A stretch of 64,000 nucleotides of DNA. Origin: an uncultured Nitrososphaerota archaeon. Lineage in GTDB: Archaea; Thermoproteota; Nitrososphaeria; Nitrososphaerales; Gagatemarchaeaceae. Position 1 is the first letter of the stretch. Each line of letters opens with the position of its first letter. The translations under genes and the position numbers were made by a program. Shown here one piece after another: positions 28,692-37,925 of the stretch. The stretch is from assembly GCA_963838925.1 (NCBI GenBank), contig CAWISW010000003.1, forward strand, positions 640,001-704,000, in the 5' to 3' direction. A model generated the notes under the pieces. It did no database searches and was not told the origin of the DNA. It worked only from the letters and a program-made list of their open reading frames with translations.

Positions 28692-28976
28692 GTGACTACG
28701 CAGTCGGCAGGCTCCCTACAGGAAGGCCACTGGCCGAACCTTCAGACGCTACTGATGATTGAGAAGGCCATAAAGGAGGCCGACATTCCGCCGAAGAGAA
28801 CTGCGCTCTGGAGGTCGCTGCCGAGAAGACCGATGTACCAGACCTTCAAGAAGGCTATCGATTACCTTGATGCTTCCGGGAAGATCATGATCGACAGAAA
28901 TGACAGAGTTGTCTGGGTGGCAGCCGAGAGCCCCAAGCTTCGAGCGCTCTTCGACAAGGCCGTCCCGCTTCGCTGA
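28692..28976 (+). CDS. Small winged-helix-like archaeal protein (possible antitoxin/regulator)
   Basis: PNLQTLLMIEKAIKEA...LWRSLPRRPMYQTFKKAIDYLDASGKIMID; TTTATAT box upstream. Confidence 0.75.
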   Translation: MTTQSAGSLQEGHWPNLQTLLMIEKAIKEADIPPKRTALWRSLPRRPMYQTFKKAIDYLDASGKIMIDRNDRVVWVAAESPKLRALFDKAVPLR

Positions 28977-28987
28977 AGCACTCATGA

Positions 28988-29320
28988 TCAATAGTGAAAC
29001 CTTCGCTCGTAGCTCTTGTGGTCAGGAAATATCTCAATCACTCTGATGACGTATCTGTCTCCCTCTCGTCTGATGGTGTAGGAAGCTCGCATTGCCCGGT
29101 CGATTTCATATCTGAAGAGATTCACGATGTCTTCGTAGGCCGGATGCTTTGGCCAAAGGCCTCTAGGAATGTAATCGCCTGCATCAACCCTTTCTTTCAA
29201 CGTCTCCAACATGCCTTTGACCTTCTTTCTCGTTTCGCCCTCGGGAAGGGAGCCTAGCCAATCGAGGCATCCCTGATCTAGGCGTACCTCGATGTTCCGA
29301 GGCTTAGGCTTCGAAGGCAA
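28988..29320 (-). CDS. RelE/ParE-like toxin candidate
   Basis: NLFRYEIDRAMRASYTI...VIEIFPDHKSYERRFHY, archaeal RelE-fold pattern; 110 aa. Confidence 0.72.
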   Translation of the reverse strand: MPSKPKPRNIEVRLDQGCLDWLGSLPEGETRKKVKGMLETLKERVDAGDYIPRGLWPKHPAYEDIVNLFRYEIDRAMRASYTIRREGDRYVIRVIEIFPDHKSYERRFHY

Positions 29321-29378
29321 TCAATTACAAGAAATTGAATTCTAAACATAAGCATAACCGAACGTTCGGCTCAGAACT

Positions 29379-29398
29379 TCCGAGTTCATCGACAACGA
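29379..29398 (+). repeat. Direct repeat copy 2 (displaced EF-2 3' end)
   Basis: Exact 20-mer; reads SEFIDNE then TGA instead of TAG. Confidence 0.9.
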
Positions 29399-29488
29399 AT
29401 GATGTTGTGAGTTGGTCCCTGGTTTTCCTTGTTCTCGGGCCGTAATTCCTGCTGAACCCTTATTACTCCAGCGTGGACCAAGGGGCTC

Positions 29489-29785
29489 ATGCGTTTCCTT
29501 GTCATGGAGAAAGTTCGTGCCGGAGTCCAGATTGACATGAAGGACTTTGCGAAGTTGGCGGTAGACGACCTTCAGTACAAGCGGAAGCTCGAGAAGGAGG
29601 GCAAGATAATCGGCGGGCCATTCCTTGATGTCCTCGGGGTGGGCTACGTCTTGGAGACCAAGAGCATCGAAGAATTGGGCGAGATCTTCTTTGGTTCTCC
29701 CTCCAACCTGATGATGGACAGGGAAGTCCATCCCCTGGGTTCCTTCAAGGACAGTCTTGAAGGAATGAAAGAGATGCGGAAGTAA
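29489..29785 (+). CDS. Muconolactone-isomerase/DUF3303-like dimeric alpha-beta barrel protein
   Basis: MRFLV...LEKEGKIIGG...ETKSIEELGEIFFGSP...EVHPL. Confidence 0.7.
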   Translation: MRFLVMEKVRAGVQIDMKDFAKLAVDDLQYKRKLEKEGKIIGGPFLDVLGVGYVLETKSIEELGEIFFGSPSNLMMDREVHPLGSFKDSLEGMKEMRK

Positions 29786-29789
29786 GTTC

Positions 29790-30137
29790 TCAGTAGCTCG
29801 TCGCGCCTACGTCCAGCTTCGAGATCTTCCCTTTCTCCACGACGAACCGCCAGAACGTCTTGAAGTCTCCCCACTTGTCGGAGTGGTACCTCGCGTAGAA
29901 GGTCAGCCCGCCGTCCTCAACCTTGTCTATCGCGATGAGGTAGGCGAGCGAGCGGCCGAAGAGCTCCTCCTCGCACCACTTTGCGAGGTCGCGGGGGACG
30001 CCGTCGTCGGAGAACCTGGCCTTCTCGGAGAAGAGCGCGAACCAGCGCCTCTTGTCCCTCTCGTGGAGGGCCGCTATGGCTGAGAGGACGACGGGGTCGC
30101 TAATCGAGCTGAGGCCTTTCGGGGGTGCTGGCTTCAT
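29790..30137 (-). CDS. NTF2/SnoaL-like protein
   Basis: WFALFSEKARFSDDG...YHSDKWGDFKTFWRFVVEKGKISKLDVG. Confidence 0.8.
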   Translation of the reverse strand: MKPAPPKGLSSISDPVVLSAIAALHERDKRRWFALFSEKARFSDDGVPRDLAKWCEEELFGRSLAYLIAIDKVEDGGLTFYARYHSDKWGDFKTFWRFVVEKGKISKLDVGATSY

Positions 30138-30142
30138 CTAGG

Positions 30143-30586
30143 TCACTGGACGCAGAACTCGTTGCCCTCAGGGTCGAGCATCACCACGCAGTACTCCCCC
30201 GGCTCGTCCACTACGCGCTCCTTCGTAGCCCCCAGGGCGAGTACGCGGTCGACTTCTCTGTCCACTTCCTCCTTGCGCAGTTGGATGGACACCCGTGAGC
30301 CACTGGAGGCGTTCACATCGATGTGCAACCGGTTCTTCCCGAACTTGGGGGTGTCCATCTGCTGGAAATAAATGCGCGGCCCCTTCCCCATCGGGTCGAC
30401 GATAGAGCTGGCGGAGTTCCAGTCCTCCTCCGGGACGCCGTTCGCCTTGAGCCACTCCTCCCACGTGCCGAACCCCTTGGGAGGTTCCTGCTCCTTGTAG
30501 TGGAGCACCTTGGCGTAGAAGCCCGCGAGGGCTGCGGGATCTCTGCAGTCGAAGACGACCTGCACTCCGTGCGCCACGTTGGGCAA
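30143..30586 (-). CDS. VOC/glyoxalase-like protein
   Basis: VFDCRDPAALAGFY, KNRLHIDV, MLDPEGNEFCV. Confidence 0.92.
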   Translation of the reverse strand: MPNVAHGVQVVFDCRDPAALAGFYAKVLHYKEQEPPKGFGTWEEWLKANGVPEEDWNSASSIVDPMGKGPRIYFQQMDTPKFGKNRLHIDVNASSGSRVSIQLRKEEVDREVDRVLALGATKERVVDEPGEYCVVMLDPEGNEFCVQ

Positions 30587-30672
30587 TAGTGCGAGTCTCG
30601 CTAATATGATTTTTCAGGCTCTCCTCGCTCATCGGTGCGCTTATACGCGCCCCTAGGTGACCAGCGGTCGTC

Positions 30673-31140
30673 TTGGCCGCAGCTAGCAACCGTAACCCAT
30701 ACGACACCTACAACTTCATGGTGGAGGTAGCGGGCGTCACTCAGCCGACCACGGGGCTGTTCACGGAGTGCATCCTCCCGGTCGCATCCATCGACGTCGT
30801 CGAGTACAGGGAGGGAGCGGACCCCATGAACAACGTCCACAAGCTTCCCGGCCTCGTTCGGTACGGCAACCTCGTGCTCAAGCGCGGCCTCGCCGACTCG
30901 ATGGCCCTGTGGACCTGGTTCACCTCCTTCGTCAACGGGACGGGGACCCCGACGCCGATCACCGTGACGCTCTTCGACAGGGCGAAGACTCCCGTCATCA
31001 AGTGGAGCTTCAACAACGCCTGGCCCTCGAAGTACGAGTCGCCGCCACTCAACGCCAAGACGAGCGCGCTGGCGATAGAGACCCTGGAGATCGCCGTGGA
31101 CAGCGTCGTCGTCTCGGGCGCGACCTCCCAAGAGACCTAG
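30673..31140 (+). CDS. Contractile tail tube protein (T4 gp19 / Afp1-like)
   Basis: YNFMVEV, VEYREG, KLPGLVRYGNLVLKRG, LWTWF, WSFNNAWPSKY, LAIETLEI; TTATA 32 nt upstream of TTG. Confidence 0.92.
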   Translation: MAAASNRNPYDTYNFMVEVAGVTQPTTGLFTECILPVASIDVVEYREGADPMNNVHKLPGLVRYGNLVLKRGLADSMALWTWFTSFVNGTGTPTPITVTLFDRAKTPVIKWSFNNAWPSKYESPPLNAKTSALAIETLEIAVDSVVVSGATSQET

Positions 31141-31155
31141 TCGAAGGGAACTGGC

Positions 31156-31557
31156 ACGGACCGAGGACCTTCTAGCGCGGGAGTCCCGAACCAGGCGAGG
31201 CCGAGGGTCATCCTCGACGTGGACTTCGACAGGGGGTTCTTCTTCTTCGTCCTCAAGAACATAGGGGACGAGCCAGCAACCAAGGTCGTGACCAAGATAG
31301 GCGGGAAGATAATCGGGCCCGACGGCAAGAAGGTCCTCAACGACCTGGCCATCTTCCGCAGCCTCGAGTTCATCCCGCCGGGCAAGGAGTTCCGCATCCT
31401 CGTGGGCTCCGCTGCGACCTACTTGGCGACCAAGCAGCCAACGAAGTTCGTCGCCGCGATGACCTACTCAGACTCTAGCAACAACAAGTACGAGGAGACC
31501 ATCAACCACGACCTCTCGATATACTCGGACCTGCCGCACTCCGTCGAGCGCGAGTGA
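31156..31557 (+). CDS. Ig-like beta-sandwich hypothetical protein (start uncertain: ACG 31156 or GTG 31219)
   Basis: RPRVILDVDFDRG...LKNIGDEPATKV...FIPPGKEF...TYSD; in frame with the tube gene. Confidence 0.75.
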   Translation, partial: TDRGPSSAGVPNQARPRVILDVDFDRGFFFFVLKNIGDEPATKVVTKIGGKIIGPDGKKVLNDLAIFRSLEFIPPGKEFRILVGSAATYLATKQPTKFVAAMTYSDSSNNKYEETINHDLSIYSDLPHSVERE

Positions 31558-31579
31558 ACGCCGCCCTCTCCTAGAGCCG

Positions 31580-32614
31580 CTAGTGCTTCAGGGGCTCTAG
31601 GGCGGATATCGCGACAGGGGGAGTCTTCTTGAAATCGTCCCACTGCTGCTTCGTGAGCTTGAAGAAGTCCGCGCCGAAGACCAGGGTGAGGCTCTGCCCA
31701 ATGTCGGGGCGCCCCTTCGGGAACTCGACGATGAGGTGGAAGCTCAGCCCGGGGTCCTCGTGGAAAACCACGACCGAGCTGATCTCCTTGACGAGCTTCT
31801 CCGCCGAGTAGGGGGTGCTCAGGAGCTCGTTCTCCAGCGTGTCTATGAGCACCTTGTACCCGCCCCTCGCGTGGTGCGTGGAGCCCCTCAGCTGGGTGCC
31901 CAGAGGCGGGAGCTCGTAGCTCAGCCCGTATGTCTTCGCGAGCCGGTCGAGCTCGGTGGTCTTGAGGAAGTCGACCAGCCCGGGATGGTCCCCGGTGGTC
32001 CCGTTTCGGGGGGCAAGGTGGTGCTCCGTCCTGTGGTACCTCACGGAAACCGCGAGGGGCTTGTTGATGAGGGGCGAGGTCCCGGTCTGGCCGTAGATCA
32101 CGCGGTGGCGGACATAGTCGGGGAAGTAGCCGAGGGTGACGTCCCAGTCGTCGAACGACCTCGTGAAGACGATGTCGTGGCTGCCCCAGTCCTCGGTCTT
32201 CTTTGCGGGGTGGAGCCTCACCTCGTCGGCGGTCTCGTTGACGAGCCTCTCCAGCCTGTCGGTGAGTATCTTCCTCCTCATCAGCCTCTCCGCCTCGGCC
32301 GGAGTGGTGTCGAGGACGCCGAGCATGAGGTTGGTGAACTCGTCAGACGTGACGGGCTTGGGCGCCCTCATGTTGGTGACGATCATGTCGATGACCTTGG
32401 TGGCTATCGCGTCGCGCCCCGTCGCAGCGCCGTTCCCCTTGGAGCGGACTATCATCGCGAGCGCCCTCTTCCTCCCCTCGTCGGTCTCCTCCGCCGCGGT
32501 CGGGTCGAAGAACGCGTCGAAGCCGTCCATGATGCCGAGTAGCGTCTCGACGACTTCCATGATGGTTTCGGCTTTCGCTACGTGCAATTTATCCTTTAGG
32601 AGTGATTCTTCCAT
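31580..32614 (-). CDS. Hypothetical protein
   Basis: 344 aa ORF with host-like codon usage, divergent from the CNNM gene. Confidence 0.75.
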   Translation of the reverse strand: MEESLLKDKLHVAKAETIMEVVETLLGIMDGFDAFFDPTAAEETDEGRKRALAMIVRSKGNGAATGRDAIATKVIDMIVTNMRAPKPVTSDEFTNLMLGVLDTTPAEAERLMRRKILTDRLERLVNETADEVRLHPAKKTEDWGSHDIVFTRSFDDWDVTLGYFPDYVRHRVIYGQTGTSPLINKPLAVSVRYHRTEHHLAPRNGTTGDHPGLVDFLKTTELDRLAKTYGLSYELPPLGTQLRGSTHHARGGYKVLIDTLENELLSTPYSAEKLVKEISSVVVFHEDPGLSFHLIVEFPKGRPDIGQSLTLVFGADFFKLTKQQWDDFKKTPPVAISALEPLKH

Positions 32615-32706
32615 GAGAGGAGCGTCGCTTGGGGCGCGCCGCTATCGATTACGCGAAATATGGCGCGCGTGTTTATTAGCTCCGCAGGGAAAACGAGGTC
32701 TCGTCG

Positions 32707-33708
32707 ATGGTCTACTGGTACGTCTACCTCAGCCTGGCCGTAGCGGTCACGGTCTCGTTCTGGGCCTCGCTCCTCGAGGCGACGTTCCTGACCGTCCGGC
32801 CGCTCTCCTTGACCGCCTCGAGCGAGGGCGGGAACGTCAAGGCGAAGAAGGCCCTCAAGATCGTCGAGGAGAAGACCAAGCTCGTCAGCACAACCACCCT
32901 GCTGTCGACGTTCGCGGACGTCATCCTCACCAGCACGACGGGTCTCATCCTCTCGAGCGCCCTCGGTCCCGGCGGGTGGGTGGTCGCGGTGATCGTCGTC
33001 TCGCTCGTGATAATGGTCTTCCTCAACCTCCTCCCGAAGGCGATAGGCATCGAGAACTCGGTGCGGATGGCCCTCTTCCTCTCCCCGGGCACCGGGGCGC
33101 TCCTGACCATCCTCTCGCCCGCAGCCGTCCCCCTCACAAGGCTGTCCAAGACGCTCTCGCAGGCGGTCGTGGGCAAGCCGGCCTACGAGAAGGAGGCGCT
33201 GGTCGACGAGTTCGAGAGCCTCCTGATAATGCTGGAGAAGGCCGGGGAGATCGAGCCCGACTCCGGCAGGATACTCAGGTCTGCGCTCGCGTCGTCCAAG
33301 ACGACCGCCGGCAACCTCCTGACGCCGATCACCGAGATAGTCGCCGTGAACGCCGGTTCGGACGTCAGAGAGGCCCTGAGGCTCATGGGCAAGTCCAACC
33401 ATCCCCACCTCCCAGTCTACGACTCCAAGACCAAGTCCTACCTCGGCGCCGTGACGTTCCGCTCGCTCTTCAGGGCCTTCAACTCCGAGGGCATTAGCGA
33501 CGGCGTCAGCCGCTACATGGTCCAGCCGGCCAAGGTGGACGCGTACGAGACCGCGGCCTCGGTCATGGACAAGATGCAAAAGGCCGGCGTGACGATGGCG
33601 TTCGTCTCCGAAGGAGGGACGCTGATCGGGATGGTGACCGTCACCGACATCCTCGAGGTCATACTCGGGACGAAGATAAGAAGGGAAGCGCACTCAGAGA
33701 CAGCCTAG
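32707..33708 (+). CDS. CNNM/DUF21 + CBS domain protein (CorC/HlyC family)
   Basis: SLLEATFLT, NLLPKAIG, HPHLPVYD, GMVTVTDILEVILG. Confidence 0.9.
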   Translation: MVYWYVYLSLAVAVTVSFWASLLEATFLTVRPLSLTASSEGGNVKAKKALKIVEEKTKLVSTTTLLSTFADVILTSTTGLILSSALGPGGWVVAVIVVSLVIMVFLNLLPKAIGIENSVRMALFLSPGTGALLTILSPAAVPLTRLSKTLSQAVVGKPAYEKEALVDEFESLLIMLEKAGEIEPDSGRILRSALASSKTTAGNLLTPITEIVAVNAGSDVREALRLMGKSNHPHLPVYDSKTKSYLGAVTFRSLFRAFNSEGISDGVSRYMVQPAKVDAYETAASVMDKMQKAGVTMAFVSEGGTLIGMVTVTDILEVILGTKIRREAHSETA

Positions 33709-33728
33709 GGACGGCGCGCGTCCCGAAG

Positions 33729-34433
33729 TCAGATGAGGGAGGCTATGAGGACGGCGACGATGCCGGTGAGGAATATCCCGTCGAACTTCCCCGCGCCGCC
33801 GATGCTCGCGACGTGGGTCCCTCCCCTCGCGATCTTCCCGAGGTTCGAGAGGTCGGCCCCTATCAGCGTGCCAAGAGTCCCCGCGATGTAGGCGGTGACC
33901 ACGAGGTTGCTCCCCGCGAACGGGAGCGAGAAGAGGACGGCGGCGATTGGCGGGAGCAGGGTCGGCGCGACTATCCCCACCCCCTCGACGTACTTCGCGA
34001 CCATGTGGACCGCTAGCGCGGTCAGGAGCGTAGCCGCGAGGGCGCCGAGCCAGATCCCCGGGTGAGCGTTCACGAGGAGCGCCGAGACCACGAGCGGGAC
34101 CAGGCCTCCCCCGACGTTGAGGGCGATGGTGGTCGAGACCTCAGTCAGCGCGTACTCCGGGATCCTGTAGGTCACCCAGAACGCCCTGACCTCCCGCACC
34201 ACGACGGTCGGGCGCACGTCCTTGAGCCGCCAGATCGGGATGTCGACGTAGCTGCCGATCAGCGTTATGCCGAGGATGACGAGGAACTGGAGGCGCGTGA
34301 ACCCGGTCTTCTCGAACGCCACTTCCGTCACGAAGAAGAAGATGAACGCGGCGACGACGAGGAAGGCAAGCGCAAGGATGTAGTCTACAGGCGTATACTG
34401 CCTTCTGTAGACCGCGCGTCTACTGCTCGACGT
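33729..34433 (-). CDS. DUF1614 family membrane protein (start uncertain: ACG 34433 or GTG 34331)
   Basis: GSYVDIP, IALNVGGGLVP, GTLGTLIGADLSNL, SIGGAGKFDGIFLTG. Confidence 0.88.
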   Translation of the reverse strand, partial: TSSSRRAVYRRQYTPVDYILALAFLVVAAFIFFFVTEVAFEKTGFTRLQFLVILGITLIGSYVDIPIWRLKDVRPTVVVREVRAFWVTYRIPEYALTEVSTTIALNVGGGLVPLVVSALLVNAHPGIWLGALAATLLTALAVHMVAKYVEGVGIVAPTLLPPIAAVLFSLPFAGSNLVVTAYIAGTLGTLIGADLSNLGKIARGGTHVASIGGAGKFDGIFLTGIVAVLIASLI

Positions 34434-34454
34434 ACCTCGCCCCTCGCCCGGGAG

Positions 34455-35078
34455 CTAGATGTGCGCCTTCAGCTCTTCGACGTCCCCGCGAGGCGATTGC
34501 TCCGCGAAGATCTCGGCCTGGAACCTCTGCACCTTGACGTCTGGGGTGAGCCAGGCGTCGGTGAGAAGGCCAGCCTTCTCGCACGTCAGCGACAGGAAGT
34601 CGTCCGGGGTGAGCGCCATGTCCGTCGCGACCTGTGGAAGCAGTAGACCGCTGCGTCCCAGCCCGGTGACGATGAGCCCGTCCGTTCCTATCCTCACGTG
34701 GTCGGGCAGGTCGATGGCGTTGCACTCGAGGAGCTCAGGCTCCGTAAGGGCGCTCACCTCCACCTTCAGGGAAGCGAGCTCCGCCGGGGTGACGCTCGCG
34801 AACCTCGGGTCTCGGGTCGCCGCCCCGACCGCCGCGTGGACCACCGCACCCAGGAGCGGCTTCACGGGGTAGGGCAGCCCGATGCAGCCCCTGAGCTCCC
34901 CCGCCGAGTCCGTGAGGGTGACGAAGACGCCCCTGTGGCTCCTCAGGAAGCCGTCCTCGCCCGCCGGCCACGATGCGAGCTCGTCGTCCCTCGGTGGCCT
35001 GCCATCGGTCACGGCCGTCTCCACCGTCTTCCTCGCGATGGAGACTAGGTGAGCGCCCTGCTCTAACGAAAGCGTCAT
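34455..35078 (-). CDS. amrA: AMMECR1-domain protein (AmmeMemoRadiSam protein A)
   Basis: GVFVTL, LRGCIG, DPRF, EVSALT, GLLLPQVA, TCEKAGL. Confidence 0.95.
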   Translation of the reverse strand: MTLSLEQGAHLVSIARKTVETAVTDGRPPRDDELASWPAGEDGFLRSHRGVFVTLTDSAGELRGCIGLPYPVKPLLGAVVHAAVGAATRDPRFASVTPAELASLKVEVSALTEPELLECNAIDLPDHVRIGTDGLIVTGLGRSGLLLPQVATDMALTPDDFLSLTCEKAGLLTDAWLTPDVKVQRFQAEIFAEQSPRGDVEELKAHI

Positions 35079-35193
35079 TCTTCTTGCCCTAGGAGGCTTC
35101 TCTAGGACCCATCCGATAAACCCTTTTGCTGTGGAAGGGCGCCTTCGAGCGTTTCATTCTCCTTAAATCTCGTGCCCGCTTCTCAGCCAAGCG

Positions 35194-36057
35194 ATGACAC
35201 TGAGGAAGCCCGCGGTGGCCGGAACCTTCTACCCGGCGGGGGAGGCCGAGCTCCGCGCCGCAATCGAGAGCTCCTACCTCCACAAGCTCGGCCCAGGGAA
35301 GCTCCCCTCCACCGGGATCGTCGAGGAGGGTCTGAAGGCGTGCGTCTGCCCCCACGCGGGCTACGCCTACTCCGGCCCAGTCGCCGCGCACAGCTACCTC
35401 GACATCTCACAGCTGAGCAAGCCCGAGCTCGTGGTCATCGTCGGGCCCAACCACTACGGCCTGGGGAGCGGCGCGGCCACCTACGGCGAGGGCGAGTGGG
35501 AGACCCCCCTGGGGAAGGCCAAGGTCGACAAGGAAGCCTCGGATAGGATCGTGAGGCTGACCGGCTTCGTGGACATAGACCCCGAGGCCCACAGGAAGGA
35601 GCACTCCATCGAGGTCCAGCTCCCGTTCCTCCAGCACCTCTACGGGGGCTCGTTCAGCTTCCTGCCCATCTCGCTAGCCTACCAGGAGAAGGCCATCGCC
35701 CGAGACCTCGGGAAGGCGCTGGCGGAGCTCCTCAAGGAGGCGGGCGAGGCGGAGGTGAGCGCGGTCCTCATCGCCTCCTCCGACCTGACCCACTACGAGC
35801 CCGCGGCGCAGGCGAGGGAGAAGGACACGATGCTACTGAAGCACGTCCAGTCGCTCGACCTGGACGCGTTCTACACGGCCCTCGAGAGGAGGAACATCAC
35901 CGCCTGCGGGTACGGCGCCATAGCCTCGGTGATGGAGGCCTGCAGGATCCTCGGGTTCGCCAAGGGGCGGGTCAACGCCTATGCGACGAGCGGCGACGTC
36001 ACCGGCGACAACGACGCCGTGGTGGGTTACTCGTCTGTCTCGTTCCAGGAGCGCTGA
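35194..36057 (+). CDS. amrB: MEMO1 family protein (AmmeMemoRadiSam protein B)
   Basis: RKPAVAGTFYP, PHAGYAYSG, GPNHYG, EHSIEVQLPFLQ, SSDLTHY, CGYG. Confidence 0.95.
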   Translation: MTLRKPAVAGTFYPAGEAELRAAIESSYLHKLGPGKLPSTGIVEEGLKACVCPHAGYAYSGPVAAHSYLDISQLSKPELVVIVGPNHYGLGSGAATYGEGEWETPLGKAKVDKEASDRIVRLTGFVDIDPEAHRKEHSIEVQLPFLQHLYGGSFSFLPISLAYQEKAIARDLGKALAELLKEAGEAEVSAVLIASSDLTHYEPAAQAREKDTMLLKHVQSLDLDAFYTALERRNITACGYGAIASVMEACRILGFAKGRVNAYATSGDVTGDNDAVVGYSSVSFQER

Positions 36058-36121
36058 GCCGGTGCGCGGCAGGAACCGCGCGACTCCGAAGAGATTGAAA
36101 CATCCAGCTGTGGATTCTGAC

Positions 36122-36595
36122 ATGAGAAAGTCGGTCGCAGAGATTCTCGACAAGCCTGTTTCGGAGCTCGCAGACAAGGCCAACCAGAAGACACTGGCAC
36201 TCTGGGCCGCAGACTGCGCAGAGCATGTCCTCACATACTTTGAGGATAAGTATCCTAAGGACGACCGACCTCGAAAAGCCGTCGAAGCATTACGGACGTG
36301 GGCAGCCACAGGCGTGTTCAAGATGGCTGACGTGCGTAGGGCTTCGCTCGCGGCTCATGCTGCTGCTCGTGAAGCGAAGGAGGATGATGCGGTTGCTGCT
36401 GCCCGCGCCGCAGGCCAGGCGATGGCGACCGCGCATGTTCCCACTCACGCTATCGGCGCCGCTGCTTACGCCATCAAGGCCGCCGCTGCCCATTCCAACA
36501 ACCTGGGTGACGGCATCATCAAGGAACGCAATTGGCAATTGCGACGCTTGCGTCGCATAGCGAATGCGGAGTGCGGGCAGGGACATCCCTTATAG
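36122..36595 (+). CDS. Imm5-like putative immunity protein
   Basis: LALWAADCAEHVL..FE...PKDDRPRKA, AARAAGQAMATAHVPTHA, ERNWQ; lower GC3 than neighbours. Confidence 0.82.
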   Translation: MRKSVAEILDKPVSELADKANQKTLALWAADCAEHVLTYFEDKYPKDDRPRKAVEALRTWAATGVFKMADVRRASLAAHAAAREAKEDDAVAAARAAGQAMATAHVPTHAIGAAAYAIKAAAAHSNNLGDGIIKERNWQLRRLRRIANAECGQGHPL

Positions 36596-36619
36596 GGATG
36601 GGCACCCCCTCGAAGCCGA

Positions 36620-37699
36620 ACGGACACGGTAGAGAAGGAAGGTATCCTCTGGCATCCTGTCGGGGACGGCAGGATAGTGTGCGACGCGTGCAACCGGAGG
36701 TGCTCAATCCCCGAGGGCTCCCACGGGTTCTGCTACGTGAGGAAGAACGTCGGGGGCAAGCTCTACCTCTCGGTCTACGGCAAGCTCGCCGCGATGCAGA
36801 TCGACCCCATCGAAAAGAAGCCCTTCAACCACTTCCATCCCGGGACGCACGTCTTCACAGTGGGGACAATTTCCTGTTCGTGGCATTGCACTTTTTGCCA
36901 GAACCACGCGATCAGCAAGGAGACGGATGTCTACGGAGAAGATGTCCCACCAGAACAAGTCCCCCTGCTTGCAGAGGAGAAAGATTGTGAAGGAGTTGGC
37001 TTCAGCTACAACGAGCCGACGATTTTCGTGGAGTATGTTATCGACGCCGCAAGGGAGGCCCACAGGATGGGCAAATACACGGTCTTCGTCACCAACGGCT
37101 ACGGAACGGCTGAGATGGTCAGGGCCATCAAGGGATATGTCGACGCGGTAGTGGTCGACTACAAGGGGAACGGCGAGGAGCTCTTCCAGAAGCGGCAGAC
37201 GATGACCGTCAGCGCCGAGCCAATCAAGCAAACACTGTTGGAGCTAAAGGCGCAGAAGATCCACACGGAGCTCACAGACCTAATCATCCCGCAGTTCGGC
37301 GAGGACCTCGACGAGGCCAAGAGGCTCTGCGACTGGCTCTACGACAACCTCGGCCCAGACGTCCCGATCCAGTTCACGAGGTTCCATCCTGACTACAAGA
37401 TGCTCGACGTCCCTTCCACCCCCAACGAGCTCCTGCTGAAGCACCACGAGATCGCCACCAAGGCAGGCTTGAACTACGCCTACGTCGGTAACGTGCCCGG
37501 GAGCCCTCAGGAGCACACCTACTGCCCGGGCTGCCACGAGGTGGCCATCGAGAGGTACGGATTCATGATAACCGGCTGGAACCTCGACGACGACTACCAC
37601 TGCAAGACGTGCGGCTACAAGATCCCCATCGTAGGAAAGAGGGCCGAGAGGTTCCGCTACCGGGGGATCGAGTCGTTCTACATCCCCAACCCGCGGTGA
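36620..37699 (+). CDS. amrS: AmmeMemoRadiSam radical SAM enzyme (probable ACG start; first canonical start is GTG 36677)
   Basis: CDACNRRC, DPIEKKPFNHFHPG, CSWHCTFCQN, SYNEP, RFHPDY, YVGNVPG, CPGC. Confidence 0.93.
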   Translation, partial: TDTVEKEGILWHPVGDGRIVCDACNRRCSIPEGSHGFCYVRKNVGGKLYLSVYGKLAAMQIDPIEKKPFNHFHPGTHVFTVGTISCSWHCTFCQNHAISKETDVYGEDVPPEQVPLLAEEKDCEGVGFSYNEPTIFVEYVIDAAREAHRMGKYTVFVTNGYGTAEMVRAIKGYVDAVVVDYKGNGEELFQKRQTMTVSAEPIKQTLLELKAQKIHTELTDLIIPQFGEDLDEAKRLCDWLYDNLGPDVPIQFTRFHPDYKMLDVPSTPNELLLKHHEIATKAGLNYAYVGNVPGSPQEHTYCPGCHEVAIERYGFMITGWNLDDDYHCKTCGYKIPIVGKRAERFRYRGIESFYIPNPR

Positions 37700-37721
37700 G
37701 CGGGACTAGGGAACGGTGGCT

Positions 37722-37925
37722 CTAGCTGATGAGGACGATGTACTTGCCGCGCTCTAGCGTCTTGGACTGGCTTATGCACGATTCCTCGGAGAAGCATATC
37801 TCGAGCTTGGGGTTCTTGTCCTTCGCAATCTCCTTGATCTCTTCCTCGCTCAGGCCAGACTCGAGCAGAAACCTCAGGTAGTTCACGTCGTGCCTGAGGG
37901 TCTGGTCCTCCTCTTCGGGGTTCAT
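37722..37925 (-). CDS. Small acidic hypothetical protein
   Basis: 67 aa ATG ORF with CTTATAT box upstream on the minus strand. Confidence 0.55.
   Translation of the reverse strand: MNPEEEDQTLRHDVNYLRFLLESGLSEEEIKEIAKDKNPKLEICFSEESCISQSKTLERGKYIVLIS

Noticed and set aside
30673-32614. Provirus around the tail tube gene
   Set aside because: No capsid, terminase, portal or integrase; flanks are ordinary cellular genes.
31138-36595. Pyrrolysine recoding of the in-frame TAGs
   Set aside because: TAG terminates essential genes such as fusA and rfcL and no pyl genes are seen; kept only as a weak alternative to ACG starts.
36598-36600. ATG 36598 plus frameshift as the amrS start
   Set aside because: Out of frame and only 3 nt from the TATA box; ACG 36620 fits frame and promoter spacing better, though an indel error cannot be excluded.
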